NCBI GenBank assembly: GCA_001769805.1 | Contig: MEPO01000019.1 | Location: 37,093-101,092 of the forward strand | Source of the DNA: Bdellovibrionales bacterium GWA1_52_35 | Lineage (GTDB): Bacteria > Bdellovibrionota > UBA1018 | Direction: 5' to 3' | DNA length: 64,000 bases | Part shown: piece after piece, positions 57,460 through 64,000 of the stretch | Layout: every line of letters starts with the position of its first letter | How positions within the stretch are numbered: position 1 is the stretch's first letter | Position numbers and translations under genes: made by a program | The notes under the pieces: generated by a model | Databases searched by the model: none | Told to the model about the DNA's origin: nothing | The model's input: only the letters and a program-made list of their open reading frames with translations

Positions 57460-58374
57460 ATGAGTTATTCTGTCAATAATCGGGGAAACTTCAACTTGAT
57501 AATCCAACTTAGAAATTTTAATGATGAGAGAGGGGGCATTGTGAGGCAGGAAACACATATTATTTCCGTGGGCGATCGCGTCACTGCTGGCCTTTACTCG
57601 CTCCACTCCCGCTTTGAACGTGTAGTTAATTTCAAAAGCAATACTTCAATCGTCTCATTTGTGACGGAAGAGGTGGGAGCAGGACCCAATAACATTGTAT
57701 ACCGGGGGGCAGCTTCTGGGTTGAAGAGGGCGCCCACAGCGGTTCTGACGGAAGACAAGTTCATTTTGATCGGTGGCGATTGTTTCTCAACTGCCGGAAT
57801 ACCGCGTTTCAATTCCACGCTGGAGTTAAACTCGGGTACTTGTGGCTCAGCAGGGGACTTGGCAATACTGGAATCGTTTCTGGTCGCCCATGCGCAGGAA
57901 AAGAGCCTCTGTTTCCTTTTGGATCCAAGGCGGGAAGTCCAATTCAGATCCGGGTTTGAGCTTGGCGTCGTTCGGGCGTTCAAAAATGCCAAGCTTCAGA
58001 TCGGCTCTGGTGAGCTGTGTTCTGCAATCAGAGGTGTCCAGGGGCTGGGATGGGGTCTGACCCCCAGTGGTGATGATTTCGTCACGGGACTTTTGATCGG
58101 AGCGCGGATCTATCATTTGCCGGTTCTTTCTGAGATCATCGGAGCCATTGACTTTGAGAGGCTCGCTCCACTGTCGGCTTTGTTTTTAAGGAATGCCGCC
58201 GAAGGACGTGTCTGCGGCCGCTGGAAGAACCTGCTGCAGGAATTGGCGGGTGGAAACAGCTGCAAAATCATGCGGGCTGCCGAGCGAGTATTGCAGGTGG
58301 GAGCAAGTTCGGGGGCAGATACCCTGGTAGGATTCATCATTGCCGCCCGTTTGTTACGGGGAAGAGAGGGTTAA
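57460..58374 (+). CDS. DUF2877 (YlbF-like) protein
   Basis: 'GLGWGLTPSGDDFVTGLLIG' and 'GASSGADTLVG' motifs. Position directly upstream of fdrA. Confidence 0.7.
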   Translation: MSYSVNNRGNFNLIIQLRNFNDERGGIVRQETHIISVGDRVTAGLYSLHSRFERVVNFKSNTSIVSFVTEEVGAGPNNIVYRGAASGLKRAPTAVLTEDKFILIGGDCFSTAGIPRFNSTLELNSGTCGSAGDLAILESFLVAHAQEKSLCFLLDPRREVQFRSGFELGVVRAFKNAKLQIGSGELCSAIRGVQGLGWGLTPSGDDFVTGLLIGARIYHLPVLSEIIGAIDFERLAPLSALFLRNAAEGRVCGRWKNLLQELAGGNSCKIMRAAERVLQVGASSGADTLVGFIIAARLLRGREG

Positions 58375-59952
58375 ATGGTTGTTAAAGGCTTTGTAAGAAA
58401 AGGTGAGTACCACGATTCCGTCACGCTGATGAGAGTTGCGAAATTTCTTTCAGAGCAAGCTGGGGTTTCTGATTCTGCCATTGTCATGGCAACCGAAGAG
58501 AACAAGCATGTTCTCAGTGCTGCGGGGCTGGCGTTTCCGGAGATCAGGAACGCTGTCGAAACGGATCTGATCATGGTTGTCAAGGTGGAATCAGCTGATA
58601 AAGCGGAAGATCTGCTTGCCGAAGCGTCAAGAGAATTGAAAGCTCGTAACAAGAACAGTGAAATATCGTATCAGCCCAAGAGCCTGGACTCTGCTCTTAA
58701 AATCCTGCCGACCGCCAATTTTGCCTTGATCTCGGTGGCGGGACGGTATGCGGGAGACGAGGCGATGAAAGCTCTGCAAAGAGGTCTCCATGTAATGCTA
58801 TTTTCTGACAACGTTTCGATCGAAAAAGAAATCGAGCTCAAGACTTACGCGGCTTCGAAGGATCTGCTGGTCATGGGACCCGACGCAGGTACCGCCATTA
58901 TCAATGGAGTTCCGCTTGCGTTTGCAAATAATGTGAGGCGCGGAAATGTGGGCATAGTCGCAGCATCCGGCACGGGGTTGCAGGAAGCCTCCACTTTGAT
59001 TTCAAACTATGGAGCCGGAATTTCGCAGGCAATTGGAACAGGCGGGAGAGATGTAAAAGAAAAAGTGGGAGGGTTGATGTTTTTACAGGCAGTCAAACTC
59101 CTCCTGGATGACCCAGACACCAAGGTCATTCTCCTGATTTCCAAGCCCCCGCATGAAAGCGTGCTAAAGAAAATTATCGCTGCAGTCAAGAACACGGGCA
59201 AACCAGTCATCACCACTTTTCTGGGATCGGATCCCACACCGATTCTGAAGGCAGGACTGATTCCTACAATAACGTTGGACGAGGGTGCATGGAAGGCCGC
59301 CAGGATGGTTATGGGAAGATCAGCAGCGGAATCCGTTTTGGAGGTCAACCAGGATATTTCCAGAACGCGCGCCCAGCTGGACACGACTGCAGCACAACTG
59401 ACATCAACGCTTGCGAAAACGCAGCAGTACCTTCGCGCCCTGTACACAGGCGGGACTTACGTCGGTGAGACACAGGTCCTATTAAATGGAAAGATAAAGA
59501 ACATATTCTCAAATGCCCCATGGGGAGAGTCGAAGATTGCTCTTGATTCCATGAAGAGCCAGTTCAACACAATCATTGATTTTGGAGAGGACGAATTCAC
59601 CGTGGGACGACCACATCCCATGATTGATTTTTCATTGAGAAACAGGCGAATTCTCGAAGAAGCGCGTGATCCGGAAACCGCTGTTCTGCTGCTGGATCTT
59701 GTTTTGGGCTGGGGGGCCCACAAGGATCCGCTTGCGGAGCTGATCCCCGTGTTGCGGGAAGCGCAGACCATCGCAAAAACCGCCGGCCGTCAACTGCCGA
59801 TAGTCATGTGTATCACGGGCACGGATACCGACCCCCAATGTCGCTCAAGGGTGGTCACAGCTATCAAGGAATGCGGAGTAATTGTGGTGGAATCTAACGC
59901 GGGAGCCGCTTATCTCGTCGGGAAAATTGTCCAAAGTGTGAGGCAGTCATGA
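58375..59952 (+). CDS. fdrA: FdrA-family acyl-CoA-synthetase / succinyl-CoA-synthetase-alpha-like protein
   Basis: The N-terminus 'VKGFVRKGEYHDSVTLMRVAKFL' closely resembles E. coli FdrA. CoA-ligase-like 'MGPDAGTAIINGVPLAFAN'. Confidence 0.85.
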   Translation: MVVKGFVRKGEYHDSVTLMRVAKFLSEQAGVSDSAIVMATEENKHVLSAAGLAFPEIRNAVETDLIMVVKVESADKAEDLLAEASRELKARNKNSEISYQPKSLDSALKILPTANFALISVAGRYAGDEAMKALQRGLHVMLFSDNVSIEKEIELKTYAASKDLLVMGPDAGTAIINGVPLAFANNVRRGNVGIVAASGTGLQEASTLISNYGAGISQAIGTGGRDVKEKVGGLMFLQAVKLLLDDPDTKVILLISKPPHESVLKKIIAAVKNTGKPVITTFLGSDPTPILKAGLIPTITLDEGAWKAARMVMGRSAAESVLEVNQDISRTRAQLDTTAAQLTSTLAKTQQYLRALYTGGTYVGETQVLLNGKIKNIFSNAPWGESKIALDSMKSQFNTIIDFGEDEFTVGRPHPMIDFSLRNRRILEEARDPETAVLLLDLVLGWGAHKDPLAELIPVLREAQTIAKTAGRQLPIVMCITGTDTDPQCRSRVVTAIKECGVIVVESNAGAAYLVGKIVQSVRQS

Positions 59953-61346
59953 CGGGTTCCCAGAAACTTTTCGAAAGTAAGCTCGAAATCATCAATATCG
60001 GATTGCCGGATTTTACTCTGCCCTTTCAACAACACGAGACCAAGTTCGTCCAGGTGGATTTCAGGCCAGGACTTCAGGCCAACGCGGGCGCATGCGCCAA
60101 AGCTCTTTTGCAAACCTCTCTGACTGAAAATGCAAATCAGGAGGTGATGGAAAAGATTCTGGCCGCCAGACCCGCCTGGACCGGGATGGGGATTGCACGT
60201 GACCTTATTCCAGGAATGAGGGAAAACACAATTTTGCATGCAGGACCGCCAATCTCCTGGGACAGGATGTGCGGACCGATGAGGGGTGGAATCATCGGTG
60301 CCATTATTTACGAGGGAAAAGCAAATACCCCGGACGAGGCGGAAGAGCTCGCGGCGGGTGGTGTTTTCGAATTCCGGCCGTGTCATGAACATAATGCGGT
60401 TGGTCCAATGGCCGGAATTGTATCGCCCTCAATGCCGGTCTTCGTTGTAAAAAACGAAACCCATGGCAACGTCGCTTATGCCACGCAGAACGAAGGACTC
60501 GGGAAGGTTCTCCGCTACGGCGCTTACAGCGATGAAGTGATTGCACGCCTGAAGTGGATGGAACAGACTCTTTACCCCACATTAAAAGGTGCAATCGAAA
60601 AAGCGGGGCGTATTGATCTCAAGAATATCATCGCGCAAGCCCTGCACATGGGAGACGAGGTCCATAACCGGAATCGAGCTGCAACCTCTCTCTTTTATCG
60701 GGCACTCGCACCTTGGGTTGTCGAGACCGCCAAGAGCAGGGAAGTGGCGGTCGAAGTTTTAAATTTCATCAACGGGAATGATCATTTTTTTCTGAACCTT
60801 TCGATGGCGGCCTCGAAGGCCACATTACAGGCGGCGCAAGGCATTGAGAACTCGAGCATTGTCGTGACGATGGCTCGCAATGGAACTGATTTCGGGGTTC
60901 AGCTTGCCGGAACGGGAGGTCGCTGGTTCACGGGGCCCGCGCCCGTACCTGACGCTTTATTTTTCAAGGGCTATACCAAAGACGACGCTAACCCTGATAT
61001 CGGCGATAGTGCGATCACCGAGACAGCCGGGCTGGGAGGTTTTGCGATTGCGGCCTCTCCAGCTATTGTGCAGTTCGTGGGCGGACAGGCAGCGGATGCG
61101 GTGAACTATACACTGCAGATGTACGAGATCACCGCGGCAGAGAATAACGTGTATCAGATTCCCGGTCTGGATTTTCGCGGAACGCCGACCGGCATTGATG
61201 TGCGCAAAGTAATCGAAAAGAATATTCTGCCTTTCATCGATACGGGCGTCGCTCACAAGAATCCCGGAATCGGTCAGGTGGGTGCAGGAGTGCTGAGTGC
61301 CCCCGCCGAGCCCTTTGTCAGGGCTTTTGAGGGACTTTTCGGTTGA
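59949..61346 (+). CDS. DUF1116 (YlbE-like) protein
   Basis: ATGA overlap with fdrA. Size and sequence pattern are consistent with YlbE, the usual partner of FdrA. Confidence 0.75.
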   Translation: MTGSQKLFESKLEIINIGLPDFTLPFQQHETKFVQVDFRPGLQANAGACAKALLQTSLTENANQEVMEKILAARPAWTGMGIARDLIPGMRENTILHAGPPISWDRMCGPMRGGIIGAIIYEGKANTPDEAEELAAGGVFEFRPCHEHNAVGPMAGIVSPSMPVFVVKNETHGNVAYATQNEGLGKVLRYGAYSDEVIARLKWMEQTLYPTLKGAIEKAGRIDLKNIIAQALHMGDEVHNRNRAATSLFYRALAPWVVETAKSREVAVEVLNFINGNDHFFLNLSMAASKATLQAAQGIENSSIVVTMARNGTDFGVQLAGTGGRWFTGPAPVPDALFFKGYTKDDANPDIGDSAITETAGLGGFAIAASPAIVQFVGGQAADAVNYTLQMYEITAAENNVYQIPGLDFRGTPTGIDVRKVIEKNILPFIDTGVAHKNPGIGQVGAGVLSAPAEPFVRAFEGLFG

Positions 61347-61417
61347 TAATCCTCGCCAGCTTCACGGATTTTGGATAGATTCAGGGCATATTCCCAAGGC
61401 ATTCCAAGGAGGCCACC

Positions 61418-62257
61418 ATGGCACGCAAGAATTCGGAAGATTTTCTCAAGTACATGAGCAGTTTGAAAATGTATGATCTCACGCAGCGGCTGAGCATTCA
61501 TACTCCACCTTGGCCAAGTTATGTGCCGCTGAGTATTCAATATTTCAAACGCATTGCCGGCGCCCACATGGGACAGGGTGCCAATGGTCAGGTGATCACC
61601 ACCAGCAATCACGTCGGCACTCACATTGATGGTGAAATCCATTTTCACGCTTCGGGTCGTTCCATTGGACAGGTTCCGATGAAGGAATGGGTAGGGCCGG
61701 GTGTCATTGCCGATATTTCGGATGAAGTATCGGATTACAGTCTGTACACACCGGAGATGATCACCAAGCGGGTCGAGATCAAGAAGGGTGACATTCTCAT
61801 CATCAATACGGGCTACCACCGTTACGGCTGGGACCAGAAGAAAAGCGATGAATTGCGGTATTTTGTGCGCCATCCCGGTCCCTCTCCCGAATTCCACAAA
61901 TGGGCTCTCAAGATGAAAATCAAATGGATCGGTGTGGATTGCGGTAGCGCCGATCATCCGATGAATACGATCATTCGCAAGTGGCATCCTGATGCTTTCA
62001 TTGCCGCCGAGAACAAGCTCAAGCAGCAGTACAACGGGAAGTCCTGGGACGAGGTGTTTCCTCAGGATGAATATTATCAGGTCATGCACCTAAAGCTTTT
62101 TCCGAAGAAGCTGGTGCATGCCGAGAACGTTGGCGGCGAAATCGATCAACTGTCGAATAAGCGCGTTTACGTCGGGCTGTTTCCCACAAAGGGAATCGAG
62201 TTGGAATCAGCTTTCTGCCGGATTGTGGCCTGGGACATGCCTGGCGCCGGAAAGTAG
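61418..62257 (+). CDS. Cyclase-family protein (kynurenine formamidase / arylformamidase-like metal hydrolase)
   Basis: AAGGAGG RBS. 'SNHVGTHIDGEIHF' matches the HxGTHxDxxxH motif. Confidence 0.75.
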   Translation: MARKNSEDFLKYMSSLKMYDLTQRLSIHTPPWPSYVPLSIQYFKRIAGAHMGQGANGQVITTSNHVGTHIDGEIHFHASGRSIGQVPMKEWVGPGVIADISDEVSDYSLYTPEMITKRVEIKKGDILIINTGYHRYGWDQKKSDELRYFVRHPGPSPEFHKWALKMKIKWIGVDCGSADHPMNTIIRKWHPDAFIAAENKLKQQYNGKSWDEVFPQDEYYQVMHLKLFPKKLVHAENVGGEIDQLSNKRVYVGLFPTKGIELESAFCRIVAWDMPGAGK

Positions 62258-62268
62258 AAGCCGAGCAC

Positions 62269-63165
62269 ATGTCGATCACGAATGACTTCGAATATGTGAA
62301 ACCGAAATCGCTGGCCGAAACGCTCAAGATCCTTGTTAAAAATAAAAATGCCATGGTCCTGGCGGGCGGAACGGATCTCGTCGGCAGCCTCAAGGAACGC
62401 ACCGTGGCTCCGGATCTCGTCATTGACATCAAGGGTCTCAAGGAGTTGAAAAAAATTGAAAAAAAGGGCGGCGCGATTCATATTGGCGCCCTCGTAACCT
62501 TCTCGGAGCTGATCGAATCAAAACTTGTCGGTAAAAGAATGCCGGTGCTGGTTGAAATTTCTAAGAAGGTCGCCTCGGTCGGAATACGGAATCGGGCGAC
62601 GTTCATTGGCAACATCTGTTCTGCGGTGCCGTGCCTGGATTCCGGGCCGGTGCTGGTTGCAATGGGTGGATTCGTCCACGTGAAGAGCCGGTTGAGAACG
62701 CGAAAAATTCCGGCTGAGAAGTGGTTCATTCATGCGCGCAAGACTGCCCGCAAACCAGGAGAGCTCGTCATTGGCGCTTCGATCCCGCTTCCGCGCGAAA
62801 AGAACGGCGCCTGCTATATCAAATTGGGAAGATACCAGGGTGAAGATCTCGCTCAGGCCAGCGTCTTTGTTCATCTTTCGCTGAAGAATAAAATTCCACT
62901 TTATCAAATTGCCTTTGGGTCGGTGGCACCGGTTCCGAGGCGGGCGCATCGGATTGAAAAAGCCTTGAACGGACGAAAGCTCAATCATGAGCTGGTCACC
63001 GAGGCGCGGAATTTGGTGGCTTCGGTCGTGACCCCAATCACCGATATCCGTGCGACCAGGGAATACCGGCTGCTCATGTGTGAAGTAATGTTGGAACGTG
63101 CACTTCTGGCCGCCCAAGAGCGCCTGAATGGACGCGGTCCGGCTTACGGCGTGAACCTGATCTGA
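62269..63165 (+). CDS. Molybdenum hydroxylase FAD-binding subunit (CoxM/XdhB-like)
   Basis: 'MVLAGGTDLVGSLKE', 'DIRATREYR'. Confidence 0.85.
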   Translation: MSITNDFEYVKPKSLAETLKILVKNKNAMVLAGGTDLVGSLKERTVAPDLVIDIKGLKELKKIEKKGGAIHIGALVTFSELIESKLVGKRMPVLVEISKKVASVGIRNRATFIGNICSAVPCLDSGPVLVAMGGFVHVKSRLRTRKIPAEKWFIHARKTARKPGELVIGASIPLPREKNGACYIKLGRYQGEDLAQASVFVHLSLKNKIPLYQIAFGSVAPVPRRAHRIEKALNGRKLNHELVTEARNLVASVVTPITDIRATREYRLLMCEVMLERALLAAQERLNGRGPAYGVNLI

Positions 63166-63181
63166 AATGGACGGAGTGACG

Positions 63182-63664
63182 ATGGAAAAAAGTATCAGCT
63201 TCCTGCTAAATGGTGAAAAACGCACAGTCGAGGTTTCCCCTTCTGAGGGCCTGCTTGGAATGCTCCGGGACAAGATTGGCGTGAAAAGTCCTAAGTGCGG
63301 TTGCGATCGTGGCGACTGCGGAACCTGTTCCGTTATGATAGACGGGCGCGTAGTGCGCAGCTGTCTGGTGCTGGCGATCGAAGTGGACGGAGCCGCGCTC
63401 ACCACCCTTGAGGGTTTGTTGGAAAACGGGGATTTGAATCCGCTGCAGAAAGCTTTTCTCAACAAGAATGCCTTTCAGTGCGGCTTCTGTGCACCCGGAA
63501 TGATCATGTCCGCAACCGAGCTTTTGAAGAGAAACAGCCAGCCCACGCGCGACGAGATTAAAGAGGGTTTGGCTGGAAATCTTTGTCGTTGCACGGGTTA
63601 TACACCCATAATTGACGCCGTTCTCGATCTGGTGAGCGAACAGAAAAAGGACCGAAAGCAATGA
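63182..63664 (+). CDS. Molybdenum hydroxylase [2Fe-2S] subunit (CoxS-like)
   Basis: 'CGCDRGDCGTCSV', 'FQCGFCAPGM', 'NLCRCTGY'. GGAG sits 6 nt upstream of the ATG at 63182; the track ATG is at 63167. Confidence 0.9.
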   Translation: MEKSISFLLNGEKRTVEVSPSEGLLGMLRDKIGVKSPKCGCDRGDCGTCSVMIDGRVVRSCLVLAIEVDGAALTTLEGLLENGDLNPLQKAFLNKNAFQCGFCAPGMIMSATELLKRNSQPTRDEIKEGLAGNLCRCTGYTPIIDAVLDLVSEQKKDRKQ

Positions 63665-64000
63665 GCGGTTACAAATACATTGGCAAATCCACTGTGCGTG
63701 TTGACGGAAAAGTAAAAATTTCTGGAGCTGCACAGTACATTGACGATCTTGAGTTCGGCCCCGGGCTTCTTTTTGCCGAAATTGTCGAAAGTCCGCATGC
63801 CTACGCCCGGATCAAGAAAATCGACTGTTCAAAAGCGCTCAAGGTCGAGGGCGTTGTGAAGATTGTTACCGGCAAAGAGTTCCCTTATCGGTTTGGACTT
63901 TACATGCACGACCGGTACATCTTCGCCCAGGATCATGTTCGTTTCGTGGGTGAGCAGGTGGGCGCAGTCATCGCCCGTACGCCTGAGATTGCAAAGCGAG
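63661..64000 (+). CDS. Molybdenum hydroxylase large molybdopterin-binding subunit (CoxL/XdhA-like), N-terminal fragment running off the window
   Basis: My own translation: MSGYKYIGKSTVRVDGKVKISGAAQYIDDLEFGPGLLFAEIVESPHAYARIKKID... This is the typical a/b-hammerhead N-terminus. ATGA overlap with the 2Fe-2S gene. Confidence 0.8.
   Translation, partial: MSGYKYIGKSTVRVDGKVKISGAAQYIDDLEFGPGLLFAEIVESPHAYARIKKIDCSKALKVEGVVKIVTGKEFPYRFGLYMHDRYIFAQDHVRFVGEQVGAVIARTPEIAKR

Noticed and set aside
61274-63465. Two long antisense ORFs (61274..62089, 271 aa; 62518..63465, 315 aa) opposite the cyclase and CoxM/CoxS genes
   Set aside because: The plus-strand genes carry unambiguous motifs (HxGTHxDxxxH, AGGTDL, Cys clusters). 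The antisense translations are Arg/Pro/Ser/His-rich and have no recognisable motifs.

Overview
The window is 64 kb of densely packed chromosomal DNA from a diderm (Gram-negative-type) bacterium. I call about 65 protein-coding genes, mostly in tightly spaced or overlapping same-strand runs. I saw no rRNA, tRNA, CRISPR array, transposase, integrase or phage genes, so it does not look like a classic mobile island.

The ORF track allows TTG/GTG starts, so I re-set several starts to internal ATG codons. These choices were guided by signal peptides, Shine-Dalgarno-like sequences or ATGA stop/start overlaps.

Recognisable content:
- Housekeeping: mutS2, mgsA, galE, an RluA-family pseudouridine synthase, an ABC-F ATPase and an EpmA-like ligase.
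- Transport: a BMP-family (nucleoside-type) ABC importer, a heterodimeric ABC exporter, a TRAP transporter with a TatT-like TPR component (TPAT type), AmpG, an AI-2E family transporter, an AtoE-type transporter and a urea-transporter-family protein.
- Secreted or outer-membrane proteins: a porin, several beta-barrels ending in Phe, an S8 subtilase, a C1 papain-like protease and an MltB-like lytic transglycosylase.
- Regulation: a histidine kinase and two sigma54-activator-family AAA+ proteins. Both AAA+ proteins visibly lack the GAFTGA loop, and each is translationally coupled to a NUDIX hydrolase gene.
- Catabolism: an ylbF-fdrA-ylbE / cyclase / molybdenum-hydroxylase cluster that runs off the 3' end.

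The best candidate for an undescribed system is a five-gene, translationally coupled minus-strand operon at 47957-53522. It combines an ATP-grasp::PLP-decarboxylase fusion enzyme, a transglutaminase-like thiol enzyme, a urea-transporter-family inner-membrane channel, a TorF-like outer-membrane barrel and a GATase1-like lipoprotein. A stand-alone C39-like cysteine peptidase is transcribed divergently from it.

All family assignments come from motif recognition by eye, not database searches. The secreted proteases, orphan CpaF and muropeptide uptake genes are compatible with a Bdellovibrio-like or Oligoflexia lifestyle, but that placement is only inference.
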